A stretch of 64,000 nucleotides of DNA from Burkholderiales bacterium (GTDB lineage: Bacteria; Pseudomonadota; Gammaproteobacteria; Burkholderiales; Burkholderiaceae_E): positions 7,204-71,203 of the forward strand of contig JAIYCW010000062.1 of the NCBI GenBank assembly GCA_027487815.1, written 5' to 3'. Below, in pieces: positions 18,139 to 26,915 of this stretch; positions within the stretch are counted from its first letter, which is position 1, and every line of letters starts with the position of its first letter. A program made the position numbers and the translations under genes. The notes beneath the pieces are model-generated. The model was not told where the DNA came from, searched no databases, and saw nothing but the letters and a program-made list of their open reading frames with translations.

Positions 18139-19149
18139 TCATTCCACCTTTGCACCCGAGGCCTTGATCAACGCCTCCCACTTTGGATAGTCGGTCCGAT
18201 AGTTCGCCGCGAATTCTTCTGGCGAGTTGCCGATCGGTGTAAAACCAAAATCCCGCATGCGATCCCGCACCGATGGCACTGCCATAGCAGCCACAATCTC
18301 CGCGCGGATCCTTTCAATGGCAGTTCGCGGTGTTGATGCAGGCGCATACACGCCGACCCAAAGCGGCAGGTCCATGCCCTTGACGCCTTGCTCACCAAAA
18401 GTAGCCAGCTCGGGCATCGACACCGAGCGAGCCGCCCCCACCATGCCTATCGGCTTGATATGACCGGCCGCAATTTGCGGCTTGGCACTTGTTGGGCTGG
18501 CAAACGTGACATCCAATGCCCCACCACGAACATCACCAATCGCAAATACGTCTCCTTTGTAGGGCACATGATTGAGCTGCAGACCATGATCGCGCTCAAG
18601 CACTACGCCATACAGATGCCCCACCGACCCCACACCCCATGAGCCATAAGTCACGGGCCGTTTTTGTGCGCGCACCCAGGCCATGAAGCCTTTCACATCG
18701 TTGTACGGAGCAGTGCTCGGTGCAACCAGCAATACAGCGCCATAAGCAAGCTGAGTGATGGGCAGCAGATCCTTCTCGGGGTCGTAGGGCAGCTTGGCAT
18801 AAAGCGCCCGGTTGTTCACCGTGGTCGACATCGTGGTGATCATGAAGGTGTGACCATCCGCGCTCGCGCGGGCCAATTCCTGCGCTCCCAAAATCGTATT
18901 GGCCCCGGGCTTGGGATCGACCAACACGGGCTGCCCGATACGCCCGCTGATTTGTTCTGCAAGCGCGCGGCTCAGGGTATCGATATTGCCGCCTGCCGGG
19001 AAGGGCGTGATGATGCGCAAAGGCTTGGCGGGCCATGTAGCTGTTTGTGCGTGGGCCCAAGGGGCGAGGCATTGCGCAGCCACTCCTATACTGATAACAC
19101 TCAGCTGGCCCAGGGTGCTTCTTCGTTGCAATGAGGCGAGTGGTTTCAT
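18139..19149 (-). CDS. Bug-family (TctC-like) substrate-binding protein
   Basis: Signal peptide followed by 'WPAKPLRIITPFPAGGNIDT'. The start overlaps the stop of the upstream Rieske gene (ATGA). Confidence 0.85.
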   Translation of the reverse strand: MKPLASLQRRSTLGQLSVISIGVAAQCLAPWAHAQTATWPAKPLRIITPFPAGGNIDTLSRALAEQISGRIGQPVLVDPKPGANTILGAQELARASADGHTFMITTMSTTVNNRALYAKLPYDPEKDLLPITQLAYGAVLLVAPSTAPYNDVKGFMAWVRAQKRPVTYGSWGVGSVGHLYGVVLERDHGLQLNHVPYKGDVFAIGDVRGGALDVTFASPTSAKPQIAAGHIKPIGMVGAARSVSMPELATFGEQGVKGMDLPLWVGVYAPASTPRTAIERIRAEIVAAMAVPSVRDRMRDFGFTPIGNSPEEFAANYRTDYPKWEALIKASGAKVE

Positions 19150-20351
19150 GCTTGATCTCCTGGTTGATCTACTTCTACGCTTTCCTCAAAACGCACCATG
19201 TCTTTGGCGGGGTCCCGAATCACACCCATGGGATCACCGCCTTGTGCCACAACAGCAGCCTGCTCTTTCATCAACCGCCTCAGCATGCTGATGCCCAGAT
19301 CAGTCGTGCCAAAGTGCTCATCAGAGTGCCAGGTGATGTCACCTTGTGACTTCTGCGCCTCATAGTCCCCCGGATAGCGTTGATGCTCGGCCTCGGTGAG
19401 GTCTTCCCAAAGCTTGCCGTTTTGGCGCGAGCGATAGCTCGTCAGTTCGCCTCGCTGCTTGACTCTCGCCACGGTATAAACTCTGAAATGTGTATCGTCG
19501 AGCGGGAGTACAAAACCGATGGATTCAAGCCTGCGGGTTTGCGCACCTGCGCGTGGATTCGGCACCAAACGCAAGTTCGGCACGGCCACTCCACTCCTTC
19601 GAATGAACTTTTGACCAGACTCACTGCGCCGGGCCGAAGTCACACGAATGCCATACGCACTGCGTGAAAACTCGACCTTCTCGGGCATCGCCGTGTTGTC
19701 CTTCACGAACTGATCCCCCGAGAACCAACCATGCAAGACCACCACATGGTAGGTGTCGACCACATTCTCAAAATGCTGAAACCAGTTGAAATCGCAAATC
19801 ACCGGGCCACCACCGCCGATGCTGCGATCATCGGCTTCGATGAATTCGCCTGGCTCAAGGTCTTCAAACACTGAATAGCGCGGCAGGATGGGCAGCTTCT
19901 CCGCTGGCCCCATGTAGGCCCAGATCAAGCCATAGCGCTCCTGCACCGGATACCATGGCTGCCGTATGGTGTGACGCGCCTTGCCACCCTCTGGCTCGCA
20001 AGGCTGGTCGGTGCAATGGCCCTGAGTGTCGAAGGCCCAACCGTGATAGCAGCAGCGCAATCCCGCCTCATCCACCTTGCCGTAGTAGAGCGAAGCACCG
20101 CGATGCGCGCAACGCTCGTGCACCAGGCCTGACTGGCCTGCACGATCACGAAACAGCACCAGATCTTCGCCCAGCACCTTGAGCTTGCGAGGCACTTCAG
20201 TTGCATCGGCCACCAAGCCAACCGGCTGCCAATAGCGCCGCAACAACTCGCCCATCGGCGTGCCTCGCCCAACCGCTGTCAGTTCATGAATATGCGTGGG
20301 TGGCTTACGGTAATAGGCACTAGTGGTCAGCTCGGCCGCTGGATCAGTCAC
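19146..20351 (-). CDS. Rieske [2Fe-2S] non-heme-iron oxygenase, alpha (catalytic) subunit-type
   Basis: It has the Rieske motif 'CAHRGASL...(17)...CCYHGW' and a C-terminal catalytic domain with 'NVVDTYHVVVLH'. 401 aa. Confidence 0.8.
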   Translation of the reverse strand: MTDPAAELTTSAYYRKPPTHIHELTAVGRGTPMGELLRRYWQPVGLVADATEVPRKLKVLGEDLVLFRDRAGQSGLVHERCAHRGASLYYGKVDEAGLRCCYHGWAFDTQGHCTDQPCEPEGGKARHTIRQPWYPVQERYGLIWAYMGPAEKLPILPRYSVFEDLEPGEFIEADDRSIGGGGPVICDFNWFQHFENVVDTYHVVVLHGWFSGDQFVKDNTAMPEKVEFSRSAYGIRVTSARRSESGQKFIRRSGVAVPNLRLVPNPRAGAQTRRLESIGFVLPLDDTHFRVYTVARVKQRGELTSYRSRQNGKLWEDLTEAEHQRYPGDYEAQKSQGDITWHSDEHFGTTDLGISMLRRLMKEQAAVVAQGGDPMGVIRDPAKDMVRFEESVEVDQPGDQA

Positions 20352-20449
20352 GGTGGGTCTCCCTCAGTTTTATGTTGTTTCTTCTGGTACACCTTTGTAC
20401 CGCATAAGTGGGTGAGTGGAAACAGTCTCGGAGATATTCATAGCAATAA

Positions 20450-20486
20450 AGTATGCATTGTTACTTCATACAGAATCGCGCATACT
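20450..20486. promoter_or_regulatory. Inverted repeat upstream of vapB (candidate operator)
   Basis: AGTATGC-(23 nt)-GCATACT ends 26 nt before the vapB ATG. A second dyad, GGTACA-CCTT-TGTACC, lies about 70 nt further upstream. Confidence 0.3.
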
Positions 20487-20512
20487 ATTTCAAAGCACAA
20501 GGAAAGTACGTC

Positions 20513-20803
20513 ATGGAAAGTATTGAACTCACATTGGCCGAACGTGGCCAGGTGGTCATTCCGAAGGCCGCACGCGACGCCCTGGGCCTTAAACCGGGCG
20601 CCAAACTTTCCTTGCGTGTCGAAGAAGGCCGAATACTCATCGAAAAAACTACCAAGCTTGATCTCAGCAAATGGCTAGGCCAGGCGGCTGACGAGGACCT
20701 CACCACGGATCAAGTGTTGACCCAGCTGCGCGGGCGCACCGTACCCTGGAAAGCGGCTAAAACCGCTAAACCTACGACCCCACGAAAGACCAAACGTTCG
20801 TGA
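20513..20803 (+). CDS. vapB: AbrB/MazE/SpoVT-type antitoxin
   Basis: 'LAERGQVVIPKAARDALGLKPGAKLSLRVEEGRILIE' is a SpoVT-AbrB looped-hinge motif. The stop overlaps the vapC start (GTGA). Confidence 0.75.
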   Translation: MESIELTLAERGQVVIPKAARDALGLKPGAKLSLRVEEGRILIEKTTKLDLSKWLGQAADEDLTTDQVLTQLRGRTVPWKAAKTAKPTTPRKTKRS

Positions 20804-21198
20804 AAACCGCAGTGGACTCCAGCGTACTTTTTGACATCCTTAAGGGTGCAAGAGGGGCTGCCGCAGCCCAACAAGCGCTTGAAAGAGCGCTTTCCCAAGG
20901 CAGCTTGTGCGCGAGCGCGATAGTCGTGGCAGAGCTAGGTCGATACTTTGAGCAGGCCGACGATCTTCTCGAATTCCTGGCAGCTTGTCAGATCGAGCAC
21001 GATCCGCTAAACATCGACACTGCCATTGAAGCAGCTCGCATCATGCGAAGCTATTGGAAAAACAAAGGCCCACGTGATCGGGTTGCCCCGGATTTCATTA
21101 TTGGCGCCCATGCACTCAAGCAAGCCGATGCATTACTCAGCACCGACGAAGGATTTTTCAGGCACTACTTCAATGGCCTAAAGGTCTTGACGCCGTAA
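20800..21198 (+). CDS. vapC: PIN-domain ribonuclease toxin
   Basis: 132 aa with the N-terminal acidic residue in 'AVDSSVLFD', a later 'E' and 'STDEGF'. GTG start, 4-nt overlap with vapB. Confidence 0.8.
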   Translation: MKTAVDSSVLFDILKGARGAAAAQQALERALSQGSLCASAIVVAELGRYFEQADDLLEFLAACQIEHDPLNIDTAIEAARIMRSYWKNKGPRDRVAPDFIIGAHALKQADALLSTDEGFFRHYFNGLKVLTP

Positions 21199-21845
21199 CT
21201 GAGGGTCAATAGAAGGCCTGCAGCAATTAGCCCAAGCGTACCGGGCGCAGGCACACTTGTTGATGCGGACAAAGCGCGGGCACTAACTAGCCAGTTCTGT
21301 TCGACACGTCCCGAACCTTCCAAGTAAAGACGATAAGTCAAAACGGGGTCAGCTACAAACCTCAGCTTCTCATTTTCAACTAGGCGGCCAAGCGATCCCC
21401 TATTGCTAGCAAGAATGAGTGAGATAGCGTTACAACAATCCGCGTCTGTAACGGATGTTACGAGCGGTGTAAATCCGACTTCCCATTCCCCAGGAAGTTC
21501 CGCTTGGAACTCGACCATAGTTTCAGGGCTTCGTCCGGATAGTGTCGTAAATCCAGTCGAGGGAAGCTTTAGCGGCGGGGTGTCGGGCCAGCCGGGATCA
21601 TAGACAGGAGTTCCTGCTCCGTTTCCGTTAAAGCGAACAATTCGGATGAAGTCGTACTCCGGGACATAAAACGTAAAAGGAGGAGGGCTCCCATCTGAAA
21701 TGATCACGGAGTAGGCGGTGAAATCGCTCGGCATTACAATTACTCCGGCCTTGGCGTTGCCAGCAACCACACCAAGTCCGCAGCTCAAAAGCACAACAGT
21801 AAGCCAGTTGCCAAACCAACGTGATCGCACGATCATGCGCCCCAT
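21165..21845 (-). CDS. Secreted protein with a PEP-CTERM-like C-terminal sorting signal (PAP variant)
   Basis: N-terminal signal peptide and the C-terminus 'VPAPGTLGLIAAGLLLTLSY' (Pro-x-Pro, Gly-rich TM). The gene is noticeably AT-richer than its surroundings. Its 3' end overlaps the vapC 3' end by 34 nt. Confidence 0.55.
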   Translation of the reverse strand: MGRMIVRSRWFGNWLTVVLLSCGLGVVAGNAKAGVIVMPSDFTAYSVIISDGSPPPFTFYVPEYDFIRIVRFNGNGAGTPVYDPGWPDTPPLKLPSTGFTTLSGRSPETMVEFQAELPGEWEVGFTPLVTSVTDADCCNAISLILASNRGSLGRLVENEKLRFVADPVLTYRLYLEGSGRVEQNWLVSARALSASTSVPAPGTLGLIAAGLLLTLSYGVKTFRPLK

Positions 21846-21951
21846 ATAAATCGACCCTCTATATTCTGGGTAGAGCTTATCGATTCAATAATGCGGCCTC
21901 GTGACGGTCTTTATTCGCCGTTACGCTGCAGTTAGCAAATTGAAATCACTT

Positions 21952-22857
21952 TCAAGCCGAAAGGTGCTCCCAAAGCTCCTGTACAACAGGTTTGCCCGGC
22001 CGCAGCGCACTCGGCTTTTCACGATACAAGCGGATCTCCATCTCCACTTTCCAGCCCTCACCCGCAGGCGCGAGGCGTTTGGCCTTAAGCTCGCGAGCCA
22101 CCGCACTGGCAGGCAGAAACGCCAGCCCATGGCCCTCGAGAGCCATCATCTTCAAGCCCTCGGCCATGTCGGTTTCATAGCGCTTATCGAGATGCACTGC
22201 GCGGCGTTGTTGCCCCAAGGCGAGCTCAACCATGCGAGCAAGGTAGGCACCTGAGGAATAGGCCAGGTAAGGCACCGGCTGGCTCGCCTTGCCTGGCAAC
22301 ATAAAGCTGGGCTCGCCCTGGCGGTTGGTTGCGCAATACGCCTGCAAGGACTCGGTGCCCAACAACTTCATCTCATAACGCGCTGCATCCAGCTGCACCG
22401 GCTGGCGCGGGTGGTGATAGCACAGCAACACATCACATCCGCCCTCCACCAGCGTCATCACCGCATCATGCACATTGGCCGCGACCAAACGTGTGTTGAG
22501 TGGGCGAAAGTTCTTTTGCACCTGGGTCAACCACCCGGGAAAGTAGGTGAGCGACAAGGTGTGAGGCACAGCAAAATCCACCGTGCCTTGCGCAGAAGGT
22601 CGCTGGCCTCGCAACATCGCCCGGGTGGAGTGCACCTGGGCCAACATTTCAAGTGCCTGTTCGCGAAACACCTCACCGGCTTTGGTCAGGCGCGTGGGGT
22701 AGGAGGTGCGGTCGATCAGGTCCACACCGAGCCAGGTTTCAAGCGATCGAATACGGCGCGAAAATGCAGGTTGAGTCACGTTGCGGCTCGCTGCCGAGCG
22801 CGAAAAACTTCTTGTCTCGGCCAGCGAAAGAAAATCCTCCAGCCACTTGGTTTCCAT
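21952..22857 (-). CDS. LysR-family transcriptional regulator
   Basis: 'METKWLEDFLSLAETRSFSRSAASRNVTQPAFSRRIRSLE' HTH. The start was trimmed from the tracked 22965. Confidence 0.85.
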   Translation of the reverse strand: METKWLEDFLSLAETRSFSRSAASRNVTQPAFSRRIRSLETWLGVDLIDRTSYPTRLTKAGEVFREQALEMLAQVHSTRAMLRGQRPSAQGTVDFAVPHTLSLTYFPGWLTQVQKNFRPLNTRLVAANVHDAVMTLVEGGCDVLLCYHHPRQPVQLDAARYEMKLLGTESLQAYCATNRQGEPSFMLPGKASQPVPYLAYSSGAYLARMVELALGQQRRAVHLDKRYETDMAEGLKMMALEGHGLAFLPASAVARELKAKRLAPAGEGWKVEMEIRLYREKPSALRPGKPVVQELWEHLSA

Positions 22858-22864
22858 CGCAGCC

Positions 22865-24703
22865 TCAGGCGCTGATCTCGGGTTGGGCTTGCGCAGCCCA
22901 CATCTGCGCATAAACCCCGCCACGTTGTAATAACTCGTCGTGCCGGCCTTGCTCAACCAGCGCACCTTGATCCATCACCAGAATCTGATCGGCATCCACC
23001 ACCGTGGATAACCGATGCGCAATCACAAGCGTGGTGCGCCCTGCTGCCAGCGTGCGCAAAGCCTCCTGAATTGCCTGCTCATTGGAGGTATCAAGCGCTG
23101 AAGTGGCCTCATCGAGAATAAGAATTGGAGGGTTCTTGAGCAGCATGCGTGCAATCGCCACCCGCTGCTTTTCACCACCGGAAAGCTTCAGGCCACGCTC
23201 GCCCACCAGGATATCGTAGCCCTGCGGCACTGAGTTGATGAAGCCTTCGAGCTGCGCAGCTTTCACTGCCTGCGAAATATGCTCTTGATCCACCCCCGGC
23301 TTTCCATAGGCGAGGTTGTAGCGCAGCGTGTCGTTAAAGAGCACCGTGTCTTGCGGCACGATACCTACATTCGCCCGCAGGCTCGCCTGGGTGATATCGC
23401 GAATATCCTGCCCATCAATCCGAATGCCGCCACCACTCACATCGTAGAAGCGAAACAACAAGCGCGCCAAGGTGGACTTACCCGCACCGCTTGGCCCCAC
23501 CACTGCAGTGGTCGTGCCCGGCGCCATCACAAAACTCAGGCCTTTAAGAATCGGCCGATCCGGCGAATAGGCAAACTGCACTTGCTCAAACCGAATCTCT
23601 GGGCCCAACACGTTCTTATCCGCACGCGGCATCACCCGCATCGGCAGTGCGCCTGGCCGATCATCCACTTCGCGGTTTGCATCCAGCAGACCAAAGAGCT
23701 TTTCCATATCGGTGAGGCTTTGCTTGATCTCGCGATACAACACCCCAAGGAAATTCAGCGGGATATAGAGCTGAATCATGAAGGCATTCACCAGCACCAG
23801 ATCGCCAAGCGTCATGCGGCCCTCCACCACCCCCACCGTGGCCCGCCAGACCATCAAGGTCACCGCGCAAGCGATGATCGCCGATTGCCCCACATTGAGC
23901 AGACTCAGGGAGGTTTGGCTCTTCACTGCCGCCTCTTCCCAACGCTGCAGGCTTTCGTCATAACGCCGCGCTTCGAAGCCTTCGTTGTTGAAATACTTCA
24001 CAGTTTCATAGTTCAGCAGCGAATCCACAGCGCGGGTGTTGGCCTTGGAATCCAGATCATTCATTGAGCGGCGAAAATGTGTACGCCATTCAGTCACTGT
24101 GATCGTGAACACAATGTAGAGCACCAGCGCGCCAACGGTGATCACAGCGAACCACACCTCGTAATTCAGCACGAGATAGGTGAGCACCATTGCAATTTCA
24201 ATCAGTGTGGGCAGGATGCTGTAAAGGGTGTACGACACCAGGCTTGAGATGCCACGGGTGCCACGCTCAATATCCCGGGTGAGCCCGCCGGTGGCCCGAT
24301 CCAAATGAAAGCGCAACGATAGGGCATGCAGATGATTAAACACCTGCAAAGCCACGGCTCGCACCGCCCGCTGCGTGACCCGGGCAAACACCAGCTCGCG
24401 CAATTCGGTAAACAGCGTGGTCGATAAGCGCAGCAGCCCATATCCGGCCAGCAAGGCTATTGGCACCGCCAAAGCCGCTGTTTTTGGATCGGTGAGCGAA
24501 TCCACAATTTGCTTGAGCACCACCGGCACACCCACATTGGTGAGCTTGGCCGTCACCAAACAAGTCAGCGCAAACAGCACCCGCCACTTAAAGGCCCACA
24601 GATAAGGCAGCAGCATGCGCACGGTTTCCCAATCGGATCGACGGGGTTTGGTCACCGGGGCATCAAGGGGCAAAGCGGCGGAAGGATTGGCACGAGAGCG
24701 CAT
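22865..24703 (-). CDS. ABC transporter, fused permease/ATPase (ABCB/Atm1-HMT-like exporter)
   Basis: 612 aa with a 6-TM domain, Walker A 'GPSGAGKST', signature 'LSGGEKQRVAIARM' and Walker B 'ILILDEATSALD'. Confidence 0.9.
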   Translation of the reverse strand: MRSRANPSAALPLDAPVTKPRRSDWETVRMLLPYLWAFKWRVLFALTCLVTAKLTNVGVPVVLKQIVDSLTDPKTAALAVPIALLAGYGLLRLSTTLFTELRELVFARVTQRAVRAVALQVFNHLHALSLRFHLDRATGGLTRDIERGTRGISSLVSYTLYSILPTLIEIAMVLTYLVLNYEVWFAVITVGALVLYIVFTITVTEWRTHFRRSMNDLDSKANTRAVDSLLNYETVKYFNNEGFEARRYDESLQRWEEAAVKSQTSLSLLNVGQSAIIACAVTLMVWRATVGVVEGRMTLGDLVLVNAFMIQLYIPLNFLGVLYREIKQSLTDMEKLFGLLDANREVDDRPGALPMRVMPRADKNVLGPEIRFEQVQFAYSPDRPILKGLSFVMAPGTTTAVVGPSGAGKSTLARLLFRFYDVSGGGIRIDGQDIRDITQASLRANVGIVPQDTVLFNDTLRYNLAYGKPGVDQEHISQAVKAAQLEGFINSVPQGYDILVGERGLKLSGGEKQRVAIARMLLKNPPILILDEATSALDTSNEQAIQEALRTLAAGRTTLVIAHRLSTVVDADQILVMDQGALVEQGRHDELLQRGGVYAQMWAAQAQPEISA

Positions 24704-24723
24704 GAGTGCGTTATTCTGACTGG

Positions 24724-25527
24724 ATGAGCTATGAAAACAAAACCATTGTGATTACCGGAGCCTCCGAAGGCATCGGCGCCCAGCTGGCCCTGGAGCTGGC
24801 TCAACCCCAAGTCAGATTGGTGCTGGCCGCCAGAAGACAAGAGGCTTTGGAGAAAATCGCCCAAAGCTGCATCGCAAAAGGGGCCCAGGTCGCCATCGTA
24901 CCTACCGATGTGAGCGTGGAGGCCCAGTGCCGTGCATTGATCGCCCGCACTATCGAACAGTTCGGCTCGCTTGATGTATTGGTGAACAACGCAGGCGTGT
25001 CGATGCATGCCAAGTTTGAAGAGATCACCGACCTTTCGACCTTTGAACGGGTCATGCAGCTTAACTTTTACGGCCCGATGTGGCTCACCCACGCCGCATT
25101 GCCCGCGCTGCGTCGCGCACGCGGCCTCATCGTTGGTGTGTCGAGCCTTGCGGGTAAAACCGGAGTGCCCGGGCGCACGGTGTATTGCGCGAGCAAGTTT
25201 GCCCTGAGCGGTTTTTATGAAGCCCTGCGTATTGAACTGGCCGATAGCGGTGTGGATATCACCATGGTGTTTCCCGGTGTAGTGGATACCGAGATCCGCC
25301 GCAATGGCCTGAATGCAGCCGGGCAGCGTGCTGGAGTCTCGGGCTTAAAAGAGCAAGGCGCGATGACGGTGGAGCAATGTGCTCGCGAGATCGTGCAGGC
25401 AATGCGATCCCGTCAACGCGAACATATCATGACGGCCAAAGGGCGCTTTGGCATGAAGCTCAAGGCCTTTGCTCCGGGCCTGGTCGACAACATGGCGCGT
25501 AATGCATTGAAGGACACACCGAGTTGA
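24724..25527 (+). CDS. SDR-family oxidoreductase
   Basis: 'TGASEGIGAQLA' (TGxxxGIG), 'NNAG', and catalytic 'YCASKFAL' (YxxxK). GTG 24706 is an alternative start. Confidence 0.85.
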   Translation: MSYENKTIVITGASEGIGAQLALELAQPQVRLVLAARRQEALEKIAQSCIAKGAQVAIVPTDVSVEAQCRALIARTIEQFGSLDVLVNNAGVSMHAKFEEITDLSTFERVMQLNFYGPMWLTHAALPALRRARGLIVGVSSLAGKTGVPGRTVYCASKFALSGFYEALRIELADSGVDITMVFPGVVDTEIRRNGLNAAGQRAGVSGLKEQGAMTVEQCAREIVQAMRSRQREHIMTAKGRFGMKLKAFAPGLVDNMARNALKDTPS

Positions 25528-25973
25528 AAAAAGGCAAGCTTAAAAAAGACGATCTCAACAAGGATCATGTGCATGTGGTGCCCAGCACCCTGGTGCGCGA
25601 CATCAAGGGCCACGAGCTGGTATTGCGCGTATGCCCCATGCCCGCCGATCTGAATTCCAATGGCGATGTATTTGGCGGCTGGGTCATGTCACAGGTGGAT
25701 ATTGCGGGCGGCGTATTAGCTGCTCGTCGCGCGCAGGGCCGAGTGGCGACTGTGGCCGTGAATGCCTTTCAATTCAAGCAGCCGATCTCGGTGGGCGATC
25801 TTGTTTCGTTTTATGCGGCAGTCGAAAAAGTCGGCCGCACCTCGGTCACGGTGCATGTTGAGGTGATTGCCGAGCGCAATCCTGCGAACCCGGTGACGGT
25901 TAAAGTTACTGAAGCGACACTGACTTATGTCGCTATTGCTGGTGATGGAAGTAAGCGGGCTATCGACGGGTAG
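25524..25973 (+). CDS. Acyl-CoA thioesterase (YciA-like hotdog fold)
   Basis: 149 aa with 'MPADLNSNGDVFGGWVMSQVDIAGG'. It overlaps the SDR stop by 4 nt. Confidence 0.8.
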   Translation: MKKGKLKKDDLNKDHVHVVPSTLVRDIKGHELVLRVCPMPADLNSNGDVFGGWVMSQVDIAGGVLAARRAQGRVATVAVNAFQFKQPISVGDLVSFYAAVEKVGRTSVTVHVEVIAERNPANPVTVKVTEATLTYVAIAGDGSKRAIDG

Positions 25974-25992
25974 TTGGGCTTACGACCCCCTA

Positions 25993-26811
25993 CTAAACCC
26001 GAAGCGCGGCCGCCCCCCAGAGGTTATAAGCCTTGTAATCGAAGTCCCATCGCCCCGGCTTTTGCTCAAATGGCAGGGTATCGAGCTCGGCCGAAATTTC
26101 AATCATCCGCCCATCCGGATCAAGTACAAACAGAAAGAGATTGTTGCCTACCCCATGGCGGCCGGGGCCCCAGCACAACTTGGTTTCGAAGCGGGCGAAG
26201 TGGTCGGCCCAATCGCGAATCGCATTCCAGTTGGGCGCTTCGAAGCTCATATGATCAAAGCCCAGCTTGCCGTTGCCAAACACCGCGATACTGTGATGCT
26301 CGGCATCGCTGCGCACAAAAATTGAGCGCAGCTCCCCGGCTTCATTAAACACCTCATCGGACATCAAAAAGCCCAAGTCGGTTTGGTAAAACTGGCGCAT
26401 CGCAGGTACGGAATTGCTACCCAAGCCCACATGCTGCAAGCGCCCTGGCAATGCATCGTTAGCGCCAATCGGCTCTTGCGCGAGTAACCCAAAGCTCAGG
26501 CGATTACCTTCGGGGTCGAGCACCGAGCAGGCCTCGCCCTGAAAGAGCGGCCATTCGAATCGCTGAAAGCCAGGCAACCCTGCAAGCCTGGTTTGCGCCA
26601 GCGCCCAATGCTGCGGGCTAGCCACTGCAAAGCCCACCTCTGCAAGACGGGGCTGCGGGCCTTCCATAAGAATCACGCGGCGCTGTGGGCCTTCGAGCAG
26701 CACGGTGCCATCGTCTTCACCCAGGGCATCAAAGCCCAGCTGCTGACAATAAAAGGTTTGCATTGCTTCGAGCTGCGGCGTCTCGAGCATCACATAAGCA
26801 AGCTTGGCCAT
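25993..26811 (-). CDS. VOC-superfamily (glyoxalase/extradiol dioxygenase-like) two-domain protein
   Basis: 272 aa with two beta-alpha-beta-beta-beta-like modules ('LQHVGLGSNSV', 'HHSIAVF', 'FDHMSFE'). Confidence 0.7.
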   Translation of the reverse strand: MAKLAYVMLETPQLEAMQTFYCQQLGFDALGEDDGTVLLEGPQRRVILMEGPQPRLAEVGFAVASPQHWALAQTRLAGLPGFQRFEWPLFQGEACSVLDPEGNRLSFGLLAQEPIGANDALPGRLQHVGLGSNSVPAMRQFYQTDLGFLMSDEVFNEAGELRSIFVRSDAEHHSIAVFGNGKLGFDHMSFEAPNWNAIRDWADHFARFETKLCWGPGRHGVGNNLFLFVLDPDGRMIEISAELDTLPFEQKPGRWDFDYKAYNLWGAAALRV

Positions 26812-26915
26812 AACGGGTCTCCCTGAATGCCATACAGGGTGCCATAGGCGATGCTGCGTTGTCGAGGCGCAGCGTGTGCGCCCCGATCTGCATCAACCCA
26901 TTAGGTTGAATCTAC

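Noticed and set aside
23279-24067. 262-aa ORF on the + strand
   Set aside because: It is antisense to the well-supported ABC exporter gene. It has an H/R/Q-rich composition and no recognisable domain or RBS.
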